A stretch of 64,000 nt of DNA from Candidatus Hydrogenedentota bacterium (GTDB lineage: Bacteria > Hydrogenedentota > Hydrogenedentia > Hydrogenedentales > SLHB01): contig BTVY01000016.1 of NCBI GenBank assembly GCA_045863335.1, positions 41,683-105,682 of the forward strand, read 5' to 3'. A program made the position numbers and the translations under genes. Within the stretch, counting starts at the first letter, position 1. The number at the start of each line of letters is the position of its first letter. Below are positions 28,802 through 39,110 of the stretch, in pieces. The notes beneath the pieces were generated by a model that saw nothing but the letters and a program-made list of their open reading frames with translations, was not told where the DNA came from and did no database searches.

Positions 28802-31090
28802 ATGCATCGCTCGCGCCGGATTTGTTGGGCGCTACTCGCTGTACTCGCCGTGGGCGCGCTTCTGCCCGGTGTCTCAGGAGCCCAGGCGGCCAACCCCATC
28901 TCAATCAAGGATTGGAAAGACGAGAATTCATCAAACGGTTCCGAATCGCCGGAGCCTTCGAATGAAGATCCGGGACTGCCCGCCGAATCGTCCGCCATTC
29001 CCGCCGAAGCGCTCATGCCCGCGCTTGAGGAAGGCGATGCCGTAGAGCCGGTCGTCGAGCAGGTTTCCCTACCCCCCCTCGAAGATTCTTCGGCCGTGTC
29101 ATCTGGCGGCGTGGGTAGCAAGATCGCGGCGGAGGTCCCGCAAGATTCATCGACAAGTGGCATGGAAGGGGAAGAAAGGCCGCAAACCGTTCACGCATGG
29201 GTGGACGCGCCGGCGGAACGCGAGGCCGCGAGTGTGCCCGATGCCGCGCAGAATGGCAACGGCTCGGATCAGGAGATCAAGGCTGGGACCATCCGCACGC
29301 GCGGCGGAGTCATCAATCTGCAATCCATTTCACTCGATCGCCTCCATGAAGAACTCCGGGACCGCCGGGATGGCGAAGAGATGCCCATCACCTTGCAGGA
29401 TTGCGTGGCGCTGGCGCTGGATGAGAACGAAGACATCAAGGTGTCGGCCTATGAACCACTAAAGGCCGACGGGGACATCATGGCGGCGCGCGGCGAGTTC
29501 GACCCCGTGCTTCGCTCGATCTACTCGCGATCCCATTCTGAGAATACGGCATCGTCTCAAACCAACGCGTTCACCGGCGGAGCACTCGGCGGGGGCGGCA
29601 ATAGTCTGCTGGGCGGAGGACTCGGCGGTGGCCTCGGAGGCGGGGGCAGCCTTTTGGGCTCCCTCGGTGGCTATGGCGGCGGTGGCGGATTGTTCGGAGG
29701 GGGCGGCGGCGATGGCGACGGTGGTCCGAACGTCGGAAGAATCCTCTTGTCTCTGGCGATAAACCTGGCAAGTTCGGCTCAGGGTCTTTTTCAGCGGTTC
29801 CTGCCACAGCAAGAAACGTCGTATGTGATCGAGAGTGACAACTGGCGATCGGAAACATCTTTGTCCGGCAAGATTCCCTGGGGCACGCAATACGAACTCA
29901 AGATGGAAGTATCGGATGAAGAGTCGACCTTCAACAATTTCGTTTCCGAGTACAGCGGCGGGTTGACCCTGACCTTGACGCAACCCCTGTTGCGCGGACG
30001 CGGTCCTCGCGCCAATCTCGCGCGGATCCGGATTGCGAAAAACAACCGGTTGGCGGCCGAAAACCAGTTGATGACCCAGGTGATGAATACCCTTTCAGAG
30101 GTTGTGAAATCGTACTGGGATCTTGTCGGCGCCCACCAGCAGCTGGAGGTGCGGGAGAAATCGCTGGCAAATGCGGAGCGCCTTCTCGAAATCAACGAAA
30201 GGCGGCTTGAGATCGGAACCGGCGCCGCCCTTGAGGTGGTCCAGGCGAAGGCCAGCGTCGCGCAGCGCCAAGGCGACGTGATTTCGGCCCGGTCTCAGGT
30301 CCGTGCTGCTGAAGACCGGCTCAAACTGTTGTTGAATATGCGGGACGAAGAGAACTTCTCGCCGGCCCAATTGGTGCCCACCGACCTTCCGTTCGCCACC
30401 GAACTCGACGTCGATGAAACCGAGAGTATCAATCGCGCGCTTGAACACCGTCCGGAAATGGACTCGGCTGAACTGGAGATCGACAGCGCGGAAATCGAGC
30501 GTTTGCGCGCGGCCAACGAGATGCTCCCGCAGTTGGATGTGTCGGGCAGCGTCTTCCAAGGAGCGCGCGGCGGAAAGTCCAGCGACGTCTTCGAAGGCGT
30601 TACGGAGCGAGACGACAATTCCTGGTCGCTTTCCCTGAACGGCTCCGTCCCAATCCCGAATCGTGCGGGCCGTGGCACCTATTCCAAGGCCCATCTTTCT
30701 CAGCGGCAGGCCGAGGAGCGTCTGCGCAAGACGATTTCCGACCTGACGCTCAACGTTCGCACGGCCATCCGCAGCGTGGGCACGTCCCGCATCCTGGTGG
30801 AGAGCAGCAAACAGGCGCGAGCCCTGCAGGAAACCAACGTAGCCGCCGAAGAGAAACGGTTGAAACTGGGTGTGACGACCAGTTTCGAAGTACTCCGCAT
30901 CCAAGAGGACCTGGCCAATGCGGAGGCGCAGGAGGTCCAGTCGCTCATCGACTTTGAGAAAGCGAAAGTGGACCTTGAACTCGCGGAAGGGGTTCTGTTG
31001 GAAAGTCTTGGCGTGGAGTACGAAGTTCCGGAGCCCGAGAAGACTGTCGGGTTCTGGAGAAGCGTCGTGCCCCCGGCGCCCGCATATTGA
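28802..31090 (+). CDS. TolC-family outer membrane protein with acidic N-terminal extension and Gly-rich insertion
   Basis: Signal peptide; ITLQDCVALAL; TLTQPLLRG; two OEP repeats; upstream of ABC/MFP/permease genes. Confidence 0.88.
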   Translation: MHRSRRICWALLAVLAVGALLPGVSGAQAANPISIKDWKDENSSNGSESPEPSNEDPGLPAESSAIPAEALMPALEEGDAVEPVVEQVSLPPLEDSSAVSSGGVGSKIAAEVPQDSSTSGMEGEERPQTVHAWVDAPAEREAASVPDAAQNGNGSDQEIKAGTIRTRGGVINLQSISLDRLHEELRDRRDGEEMPITLQDCVALALDENEDIKVSAYEPLKADGDIMAARGEFDPVLRSIYSRSHSENTASSQTNAFTGGALGGGGNSLLGGGLGGGLGGGGSLLGSLGGYGGGGGLFGGGGGDGDGGPNVGRILLSLAINLASSAQGLFQRFLPQQETSYVIESDNWRSETSLSGKIPWGTQYELKMEVSDEESTFNNFVSEYSGGLTLTLTQPLLRGRGPRANLARIRIAKNNRLAAENQLMTQVMNTLSEVVKSYWDLVGAHQQLEVREKSLANAERLLEINERRLEIGTGAALEVVQAKASVAQRQGDVISARSQVRAAEDRLKLLLNMRDEENFSPAQLVPTDLPFATELDVDETESINRALEHRPEMDSAELEIDSAEIERLRAANEMLPQLDVSGSVFQGARGGKSSDVFEGVTERDDNSWSLSLNGSVPIPNRAGRGTYSKAHLSQRQAEERLRKTISDLTLNVRTAIRSVGTSRILVESSKQARALQETNVAAEEKRLKLGVTTSFEVLRIQEDLANAEAQEVQSLIDFEKAKVDLELAEGVLLESLGVEYEVPEPEKTVGFWRSVVPPAPAY

Positions 31091-31386
31091 TTGACCGCGG
31101 AGCGTAGGCGCGATTCGAGCCCCGGTGTTCGGGGCATCAAGCCCCGCAAAACCGGTTCGAGCAGGCGTGAGTCTAAGTTTAGAGGCGCGCTTGATGGATT
31201 TCGGTCCGGGCACTCCTCGATTCCGGATACCCTTGTTTGTAAGGTGTTGTAGCGTTAGGAGCTTGTGATGCAGTCCCGCCATTCGGTGGTCGCCATCGGG
31301 CGCCGAATCGACCGATTCCTCCGCCGTCTGGCTGCCGTGACGCCGGCCCGGCATTTACCGGTGTAAATGTGCTAGAATCCCCGCCT

Positions 31387-32124
31387 ATGCCTGCCGAGAC
31401 GAAAACCAAAGATATTATCGTTGTAGAAGACTTGACGAAGCACTACGTGATGGGCGAAACCGTCGTACAAGCCCTTCGTGGCGTCTCATTTACAATTCTT
31501 CGCGGTTCCTTTGTGGCCATTATGGGGCCTTCGGGATCGGGCAAGACCACGCTGATGGACATCTTGGGCTGCCTGTCCCGGCCTACCTCAGGGGTGTACA
31601 AACTGGACGGGACCTCCGTGGCCGAATTAACGGAGTCTCGGCTGGCCCAATTGCGGAACCACGAGATTGGATTCGTATTTCAGAATTTCAATCTCCTCTC
31701 CAGGACAACCGCCTTGGCGAACGTGGAACTCCCCCTGCTCTACGACGGCATCCCGAAGAAGGATCGCACGCGGCGCGCGCGGGAGACGCTTGAATCCGTG
31801 GAGTTGGGCGACCGAGTCCATCACAAGCCAAACGAGTTGTCGGGCGGTCAACGGCAACGCGTCGCCATTGCGCGGGCGCTGGTGAACAAACCGTCGATTC
31901 TGTTTGCCGACGAGCCGACCGGCAACCTGGATTCGAAGAGCGGCGAGAGCATTCTGGCCTTGTTTGCGGACCTCCACGCGCAAGGCAATACGATAGTGAT
32001 GGTGACGCACGAGCGTGAAGTCGCCGAACATGCGGAACGGATCATGAGTTTCCGCGATGGAAAGTTGGTGAAGGACGAATGGCGAGACAACGACGTTTGG
32101 GACCTCAGATACTCGGCTGGTTGA
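31387..32124 (+). CDS. ABC transporter ATP-binding protein (LolD/MacB-like)
   Basis: GPSGSGKT, LSGGQRQRVAIARAL, ADEPTGNLD, VTHE. Confidence 0.96.
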   Translation: MPAETKTKDIIVVEDLTKHYVMGETVVQALRGVSFTILRGSFVAIMGPSGSGKTTLMDILGCLSRPTSGVYKLDGTSVAELTESRLAQLRNHEIGFVFQNFNLLSRTTALANVELPLLYDGIPKKDRTRRARETLESVELGDRVHHKPNELSGGQRQRVAIARALVNKPSILFADEPTGNLDSKSGESILALFADLHAQGNTIVMVTHEREVAEHAERIMSFRDGKLVKDEWRDNDVWDLRYSAG

Positions 32125-33320
32125 TCTTCCTGGCGATTCTGGCGGCGCCTGTCGCTTATATGCTGGCCAAGGAAGACACTGTCGACGTAACGGCAACGAT
32201 TGTGGAGCGCGGCCGCGTCGAAGAGACGGTCACGGCCATCGCTTCGGGTACCGTCAAACCGTCACTGGACTCCATGGTAGCTACCGGGTCGCTGGGCACC
32301 GTTGTGCAGGTTCACTACGAGGAAGGCGACCATGTGAACGAAGGCGACGTCATTGTCGAACTCGATCACGACGAACTGGACGCGCAGGTGCGTTTGGCCG
32401 AAGCGAACCTGAAAGTTGGTCAGTCCCGCCTGGAGCAGGCCAAGATGGGCGCGAGTATCGGGTCTGAGGTTGCGGCGACTCGCGTGGCGCAGACGCAGGC
32501 CCAGTTCGAACAGGCGAAAAAAGACTTCGAAAGCATGAAGCCTCTCGCCGGAAAGGCCATTCGCCAAAACGATTTCGAGAAGGCGGCACTGGCGCTGAAG
32601 GTTGCCGAAGAGAGCCTCGCCGCGGCCAAAGCCGGCCAGCGGGAAAACCAGGTTCGCGAAGAAGAAATCCGTATGGCCGAAGCCAACATTGAACAACTGG
32701 AGGCGGCGGTTGCCGTAGCCACAGCTGCGCGGGGCAATGCCTCCGTGAAGGCGCCTTTCGGTGGCGTCATCGCGAAGATATTCAGCGATGAAGGCGAAGC
32801 GGTCTCCATGGGAATGCCGCTGATGCAATTGGTCGATCCCTCGAAATGCTACGTGGAAGCGCCATTCGACGAAGCCAACGCCGCAGAGATCCGGCTGGGG
32901 CAGAAGGCGCGCATCAATCTCGACGCCTACCGGGGCGAGGATTTTACCGGCGTTGTGGAGTTCATTTCGCCCGTGGTGTCCATCAATCCCGACCTGAGCC
33001 GTACGCTGAATGTACGGATTCGCGTTGAAGAGGGAGCCGACAAGTTCCTGGCGGGCATGTCCGCGGACGTGATCCTGCTGGTGGAAGAGAAAGACGATGT
33101 CGTCTTCGCGCCGACCGAAGCATTGATCCGCGAAGAGTACGCGTACGTAATCGAAAACGGTCGCGCGGTTCGACGGGACGTGACACTCGGCATCGGGAAC
33201 TGGGATACGACGGAGATCGTCAGCGGCCTTGAACAAGGCGACCAAATCATCACGTCGATTTCTTTGACTGCCCTTGAAGAAGGCGTCCCTGTAAACGTGG
33301 TGGAGAGCCTGGAGGAGTAA
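32079..33320 (+). CDS. Efflux periplasmic adaptor (MacA-like membrane fusion protein)
   Basis: N-terminal TM, lipoyl-like halves, long coiled coil, APFGG, GMSADV. Confidence 0.92.
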   Translation: MARQRRLGPQILGWLIFLAILAAPVAYMLAKEDTVDVTATIVERGRVEETVTAIASGTVKPSLDSMVATGSLGTVVQVHYEEGDHVNEGDVIVELDHDELDAQVRLAEANLKVGQSRLEQAKMGASIGSEVAATRVAQTQAQFEQAKKDFESMKPLAGKAIRQNDFEKAALALKVAEESLAAAKAGQRENQVREEEIRMAEANIEQLEAAVAVATAARGNASVKAPFGGVIAKIFSDEGEAVSMGMPLMQLVDPSKCYVEAPFDEANAAEIRLGQKARINLDAYRGEDFTGVVEFISPVVSINPDLSRTLNVRIRVEEGADKFLAGMSADVILLVEEKDDVVFAPTEALIREEYAYVIENGRAVRRDVTLGIGNWDTTEIVSGLEQGDQIITSISLTALEEGVPVNVVESLEE

Positions 33321-34531
33321 TGGGCCCCCTCGAATACCTGCGGATAGCGCTGGATTCGCTGGCCCAGAGCAAGGTGCGCTCGCTGCTCACCATGCTCGGG
33401 GTGATCATCGGGGTCATGTCCGTCATCCTTCTGATCTCGCTGGGGGAAGGCGCTCAGGCGTTCGTGGCGAAAGAGTTCGCCGGCATGGGCAGCAACATCC
33501 TCATCATTACGCCCGGCAAACAGGAAACGTCGGGAATGATGCCTCTCGTCGCCGGCAGCTTCCGGAACCTCACCTACAAAGACGCGAAAGAAATCGACCG
33601 GAAAGCCCGGGGCGTCAAAGCCGTCTCGCCGGTGGTCTTGGGTGCGGGCGCGGTGAAATATGGCGAGCGGCGCCGGAACACCATGGTCTTGTCCGTCACA
33701 CCCGCCTTTGAGACTGTGCGGAACCTGCATGCGGAGATCGGACGGTTCATCACTGAGCAGGACATCGAGAAAAACACGAAGGTCTGCGTCATCGGAACAC
33801 AGGTGAAGGATGAGTTGTTCGGCACCGAGAACCCGCTGGACCAGAGCGTTTCCATCAACCGGACCAAGCACACCGTGGTGGGTATCCTGGAGCACAAAGG
33901 GGTCACCCTCGGCATCAACGTGGATGATCTCGTGGTTGTGCCGCTACCGAGCGGCCAGCAGATGTTCTACGGCGGTGAGGATAAGTTATTCCAGATCGTC
34001 GTTCGCGCCAATAGTCCGGAGGACGTGGGCCTTGCGGCGGATTCTATCCGGGAGATCCTGAAGGCCGCCCACGACTACACGGAAGACTTCACGATTACTG
34101 ACCAAACTTCGATCCTTTCCACACTGGACAATATCTTCACCGCCATGAAGGTCATGCTGGCAGGCATCGCGGGGATATCTCTTCTGGTCGGCGGAATCGG
34201 GATCATGAACATCATGCTTGTGACCGTGCGCGAACGCACGCGCGAGGTGGGAATCCGGAAAGCGGTGGGCGCCACCCGGCATGATATCGGCATGCAGTTT
34301 GCCATCGAATCCGTCACGCTCAGCAGCATCGGGGGCAGCATCGGCATCGCGCTGGGTTACCTCGGCACCTTCACGATTCGCCAGATCTATCCGCCCCTCC
34401 CCGTCTTTACATCCGGCTGGGCCATCATTCTGGCATTCTTTTTCAGCATGGCGGTCGGGGTGTTTTTCGGGGCCTATCCCGCGATTAAAGCGTCCAGCGT
34501 CGACCCCGTCGAGGCCCTGCGCTACGAGTAA
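33320..34531 (+). CDS. ABC transporter permease (MacB/FtsX family)
   Basis: RSLLTMLGVIIG, GGIGIMNIML..V.ERTREVGIRKAVGA, DPVEALRYE. Confidence 0.95.
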   Translation: MGPLEYLRIALDSLAQSKVRSLLTMLGVIIGVMSVILLISLGEGAQAFVAKEFAGMGSNILIITPGKQETSGMMPLVAGSFRNLTYKDAKEIDRKARGVKAVSPVVLGAGAVKYGERRRNTMVLSVTPAFETVRNLHAEIGRFITEQDIEKNTKVCVIGTQVKDELFGTENPLDQSVSINRTKHTVVGILEHKGVTLGINVDDLVVVPLPSGQQMFYGGEDKLFQIVVRANSPEDVGLAADSIREILKAAHDYTEDFTITDQTSILSTLDNIFTAMKVMLAGIAGISLLVGGIGIMNIMLVTVRERTREVGIRKAVGATRHDIGMQFAIESVTLSSIGGSIGIALGYLGTFTIRQIYPPLPVFTSGWAIILAFFFSMAVGVFFGAYPAIKASSVDPVEALRYE

Positions 34532-34654
34532 CCGGAGGCCCTTCACGCCTCCAGTTGACAATACCCGCCCGTCCAGGTATCCATGGTATGCTATCTGGCG
34601 GAGCACCTGGGCTCATCTTAGCTGCAACACTAGTCGAAGAGGGAGTGCTGTTCC

Positions 34655-36226
34655 ATGTTCAATCTTGCAGTGATCCTCGAGAATAGCGCGCGCGCCTATC
34701 CGGACAAAGAGGCGGTGACGTTCAACCACTTCCGCCTGACTTTTAAGATGATCGACGACCTGGCGAATCAGGTTGCGAACGGGTTGCGTGCCGCCGGGAT
34801 ACGCAAGGGCGACAAGGTCGCGTTCTCCTGCCCGAACATCCCCTACTTCCCAATCGTGTACTTCGGGATATTGAAAGCCGGGGCGGTGTTCGTGCCGTTG
34901 AACGTGTTGCTGCGCGAGCGCGAAGTGGCGTACCACCTCTCCGACTCCGACAGCGTCGCGTTCATCTGTTTTGAGGGTCGGGAAGAGCTTCCGATCGGCA
35001 AGATTGGATACGCCGGATTCCAGGAAGCCCAGTCCTGCGATCACTTCTGGATCATTCCGACGATTCCCGGCGGCGACTCCCCCATCGAGGGAGTGCCGAC
35101 GCTTGCGGATCTCATGCACGACCAGCCCACAACCTGCGACACGGTCCAGTGCAGGGCCGACGACACGTGCATCATCATCTACACCTCCGGCACGACAGGC
35201 CGTCCCAAGGGGGCGGAACTGACGCACTCCAACATCCTGATGAACTGCATGTCCACGCGGCGGCTCATTAAGGGCGGGCCGGACGACGTCGCGCTGGCGG
35301 TGCTGCCCCTGTTTCATTCCTTCGGTTTGACAGGATTGCTGAATTCGGCGGTGTTGAACGGGAGTCGTCTCGTGCTCGTGCCACGCTTCGAACCGGCGGA
35401 GGTTCTTCGCGCGTTTCAGGAGGAGAACGTCACCTTGTTCGCAGGCGTGCCGACCATGTATTGGGAACTGCTGCATTTCGCCGATCTCGACAAGTATGAC
35501 CTGAAGAAGATCGCCGAGAACTGGCGCCTCGGCGTTTCCGGCGGCGCCGCCATGCCCGTCGATTTGATGAGGCAGTTCCAGGAGAAGTTCCAAATCCGAA
35601 TTCTCGAAGGGTACGGATTGTCCGAGACGTCGCCGACGGCGTCGTTCAGCCGCGAGGACATGCCCCAAAAGGTTGGTTCCATCGGAGTGCCCATCTGGGG
35701 CGTGGAAATGATGGTGGTCGATCCCGACATGAACGAGGTGCCGCGTGGCGAGACCGGTGAGATCGTCATTCGTGGTCACAACGTGATGAAGGGGTACTAT
35801 AAGCACGACGAGGCGAACGAGGAAGCTTTTCGCGGCGGATGGTTCCACACTGGCGACATTGGATATCAGGATGAAGACGGCTACTTCTTCATCGTAGACC
35901 GCATCAAGGATATGATCATTCGCGGCGGATTCAATGTGTATCCGCGCGAGATCGAAGAAGTGCTCATGATGCACCCCGACATTACGCTGGCAGCCGTGAT
36001 CGGTGTGCCGAATGAAGAACACGGCGAAGAGATCAAAGCCTTCGTGATTCCCAGGAAAGGATCATCCCTGACGGCCGAGGAGGTCATCGCTTTCAGCAAG
36101 AAAGAGATGGCTGGGTATAAGTATCCGCGCATGGTGGAACTGTGCGAAAACCTTCCCATAGGGCCGACCGGGAAAGTGCTGAAAACGGAGTTGCGGAAGA
36201 AACAGAATACGGTCGCGAACGTGTGA
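34655..36226 (+). CDS. Long-chain fatty acid--CoA ligase (copy 1)
   Basis: YTSGTTGRPKG, EGYGLSET, GWFHTGD, NVYPREIE, terminal Lys motif GKVLK. Confidence 0.93.
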   Translation: MFNLAVILENSARAYPDKEAVTFNHFRLTFKMIDDLANQVANGLRAAGIRKGDKVAFSCPNIPYFPIVYFGILKAGAVFVPLNVLLREREVAYHLSDSDSVAFICFEGREELPIGKIGYAGFQEAQSCDHFWIIPTIPGGDSPIEGVPTLADLMHDQPTTCDTVQCRADDTCIIIYTSGTTGRPKGAELTHSNILMNCMSTRRLIKGGPDDVALAVLPLFHSFGLTGLLNSAVLNGSRLVLVPRFEPAEVLRAFQEENVTLFAGVPTMYWELLHFADLDKYDLKKIAENWRLGVSGGAAMPVDLMRQFQEKFQIRILEGYGLSETSPTASFSREDMPQKVGSIGVPIWGVEMMVVDPDMNEVPRGETGEIVIRGHNVMKGYYKHDEANEEAFRGGWFHTGDIGYQDEDGYFFIVDRIKDMIIRGGFNVYPREIEEVLMMHPDITLAAVIGVPNEEHGEEIKAFVIPRKGSSLTAEEVIAFSKKEMAGYKYPRMVELCENLPIGPTGKVLKTELRKKQNTVANV

Positions 36227-36262
36227 TGACCGGCGATACACGGCAAGGAGCGTAAGAAACAC

Positions 36263-37837
36263 ATGCTGAACGTGGCTACTCTCTTGGAAAACAGCGCCCG
36301 GGAACATCCCGACAAGCTGGCGATCGTGTTCGGCGGGCACATCCGTTTGACCTATCGTCAAGTGGACGAAATGGCGAATCAGGTCGCGAACGGTTTGAAG
36401 GCATCTGGGGTCCGCAAGGGCGACAAGATCGCGGTGACCTGTCCGAACATTCCCTACTTTCCGATTCTCTCATACGGGATCATGAAAGCGGGCGCGGTTC
36501 TGGTTCCGTTGAACGTGCTGCTGAAACGGCGGGAGAGCGCCTACCATCTCTCCGACTCGGAAGCCGTGGGGTACATCTGTTTCCAGGGCACGGACCAGTT
36601 GCCCATCGCGGAAGAAGGCTACGCGGGGTTTCAGGACGCCAAAACCTGCGACCATTTCTGGATCATTCCGACGATTCCGGGCGCCGACTCGCCCATCCAA
36701 GGCGTACCTACGCTCATGGATCTCATGCACAATCAGCCCCACACCTGCGACCCGGCCGCGACGCGTCCCGACGACACCTGCGTCATCATCTATACTTCGG
36801 GCACCACTGGTCGTCCGAAAGGGGCGGAGTTAACCCATTCGAATATCACCATAAACGCGATGGTCACCCGCGAAATGTGCGGGAGCACGCCGGATGAAGT
36901 GATGCTGGTCGTGCTGCCCCTGTTCCACTCGTTCGGCTTTACGTGCCTGATGCAGACCGGCATCCTTGCCGCGGCGACGCTCGTGCTGTTGCCTCGATTC
37001 GAGCCCGCCGCCGTCTTCGCCGCGCTCCAGGATGAAAACGTGACGCTGTTCGCCGGTGTTCCCACCATGTATTGGGATCTCCTGAACTATCCCGACGCCA
37101 GCCGTTACGATTTGGACAAGATTGCAAAGACCCTTCGGCTTTGCACGTCGGGCGGCGCGGCCATGCCGGTGGAAGTCATGAAGAAGTTCGAGGAGAAGTT
37201 TCACGTGCCCATCCTGGAGGGATACGGGCTGTCCGAAACATCACCGGTGGCGAGCTTCAATCAATTGCCCAAACCACGCAAACCCGGTTCCATCGGATTT
37301 CCCGTGTGGGGCGTGGAGATGATGGTGGTCGATCACGATATGAATGAGTTGCCCGTGGGCGAAACGGGGGAGATTGTCATCCGCGGTCACAACATCATGA
37401 AAGGGTACTACAAGCGGGACGAGGCGAATGACGAGGCGTTCCGGGGCGGATGGTTCCATTCCGGCGATCTCGGGTACAAAGACGAAGACGGGTACTTCTA
37501 TATTGTCGATCGATCCAAAGACATGATTATCCGCGGCGGATTCAACGTGTATCCGCGTGAAGTTGAAGAAGTGCTGATGACGCATCCCGACATCTCCCTC
37601 GCGGCCGTCATCGGAGTTCCTCACGACGAGTATGGGGAAGAGGTCATGGCCTACGTGATCCCCGAACTTGGATCGACCATCTCGCCGGAAGATATTATTG
37701 CGTGGAGCAAAAAGGAGATGGCGGGGTACAAGTACCCGCGCACGGTGCAGATTGTGAAGACGCTGCCCATGGGGCCGACGGGGAAGATTCTCAAAACCGA
37801 ACTCCGGAAGATGGCTACGGAGCCCGCCGCAAAGTAA
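36263..37837 (+). CDS. Long-chain fatty acid--CoA ligase (copy 2, tandem paralogue)
   Basis: Same ANL motifs; long stretches identical to copy 1. Confidence 0.93.
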   Translation: MLNVATLLENSAREHPDKLAIVFGGHIRLTYRQVDEMANQVANGLKASGVRKGDKIAVTCPNIPYFPILSYGIMKAGAVLVPLNVLLKRRESAYHLSDSEAVGYICFQGTDQLPIAEEGYAGFQDAKTCDHFWIIPTIPGADSPIQGVPTLMDLMHNQPHTCDPAATRPDDTCVIIYTSGTTGRPKGAELTHSNITINAMVTREMCGSTPDEVMLVVLPLFHSFGFTCLMQTGILAAATLVLLPRFEPAAVFAALQDENVTLFAGVPTMYWDLLNYPDASRYDLDKIAKTLRLCTSGGAAMPVEVMKKFEEKFHVPILEGYGLSETSPVASFNQLPKPRKPGSIGFPVWGVEMMVVDHDMNELPVGETGEIVIRGHNIMKGYYKRDEANDEAFRGGWFHSGDLGYKDEDGYFYIVDRSKDMIIRGGFNVYPREVEEVLMTHPDISLAAVIGVPHDEYGEEVMAYVIPELGSTISPEDIIAWSKKEMAGYKYPRTVQIVKTLPMGPTGKILKTELRKMATEPAAK

Positions 37838-37861
37838 CACGCCATCCTGGGGGGAAAGAGC

Positions 37862-39109
37862 ATGGCTGGCATACCTTCGTATCGCGAGCGGATGGCGTGG
37901 TTTCACGAAGCCCGATTCGGGATGTTTATCCATTGGGGGCTCTATTCGCTGTTGGGACGTGGCGAGTGGGTCATGCTCGAAGAGCGCATCCCTACAGTGG
38001 AGTACGCCAAGCTTGCGGGGGAGTTCGCGCCGAAGAAGTTCGACGCCCACGCATGGGCGGACCTGGCAGTACAGGCGGGCGCGAAGTACGCCGTGCTGAC
38101 GACACGTCATCACGATGGGTTCTGCCTGTATGACAGCGAGGTGTCCGACTTTACCTCGGTGAAGACCGCAGCGAAGCGCGATTTCGTGGCGGAGTACGTG
38201 GATGCCTTTCGGCGTGCCGGCCTGAAGATAGGTTTCTACTATTCCCTGTTGGACTGGCGCTTTCCCGGTTATTGGAATCCGCGCAAGCATAAGGAATGCG
38301 CGGACGCCATGGTCGAGCAATACCATGCCCAGGTGCGCGAACTCATGTCGAACTACGGGCGAATCGACGTCTTGTGGTACGACGGCCACTGGATCGACGG
38401 CGTGAAAAATCTGGGACGGTTCTGGCGCGCGCGTGAAATCAACGCGTGGGTGTGCGAAAAGCAGCCCCACATCCTCATCAACAACCGCTCCGGGGTGGAC
38501 GAAGATCTCGACACGCCGGAACAGCACGTCACTGCGTCGAAACCGGGCCGCGGGTGGGAATCGTGCATGACCATAGGTGATTCCTGCGGCTGGGGCTACA
38601 TCCGCAACAACCCGAACATGAAAAGCGAGACGCAGCTCCTGCAGCATCTGGTCACCGCCGCCGCGGGCGAAGGGAACTTTCTCGTGAACGTGGGCCCGAA
38701 GCCGGACGGCACCATTCGCAAGTCGGAGCGCCGCCGGATGCGGGCCATTGGAAAATGGCTGCGCGGCAACGGCGAGGCGATCTATGGATCGCAACGGTGC
38801 GCGCTTAAGAACGGCATGCTCGGTCTATGGACCGCGAAGGGCAAGACGGCCTACCTCTGCGTGTTTCGCTGGCCGGGGCGTGAAGCGGTCGTACCCTTGG
38901 TCGGTACAAAAGTGCGGTCTGCGACCCTGCTGAACACCGGTGAACCGGTGGAGCACCGCATCGAAGAAAACGGCCGGCTTGTATTGAGCGGACTTCCCAA
39001 AAAACCACCACACCTCTCCGTCTCCGTGATTAAGGTCGAGTTCGCATCCAAACCCAAATGCCTGGAAGAAACTGACCGCGCCGCGTGGCTCGAGGGAAAG
39101 GCGACGTAG
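37862..39109 (+). CDS. Alpha-L-fucosidase (GH29)
   Basis: WFHEARFGMFIHWG, HHDGF, LWYDG nucleophile, INNR, WESCMT; no signal peptide. Confidence 0.93.
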   Translation: MAGIPSYRERMAWFHEARFGMFIHWGLYSLLGRGEWVMLEERIPTVEYAKLAGEFAPKKFDAHAWADLAVQAGAKYAVLTTRHHDGFCLYDSEVSDFTSVKTAAKRDFVAEYVDAFRRAGLKIGFYYSLLDWRFPGYWNPRKHKECADAMVEQYHAQVRELMSNYGRIDVLWYDGHWIDGVKNLGRFWRAREINAWVCEKQPHILINNRSGVDEDLDTPEQHVTASKPGRGWESCMTIGDSCGWGYIRNNPNMKSETQLLQHLVTAAAGEGNFLVNVGPKPDGTIRKSERRRMRAIGKWLRGNGEAIYGSQRCALKNGMLGLWTAKGKTAYLCVFRWPGREAVVPLVGTKVRSATLLNTGEPVEHRIEENGRLVLSGLPKKPPHLSVSVIKVEFASKPKCLEETDRAAWLEGKAT

Positions 39110-39110
39110 T

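Noticed and set aside
28730-31248. Shared 11-mer AACACCTTACA upstream of tolC and, inverted, upstream of the ABC gene
   Set aside because: Too short to distinguish from chance or a generic nucleoid-protein site
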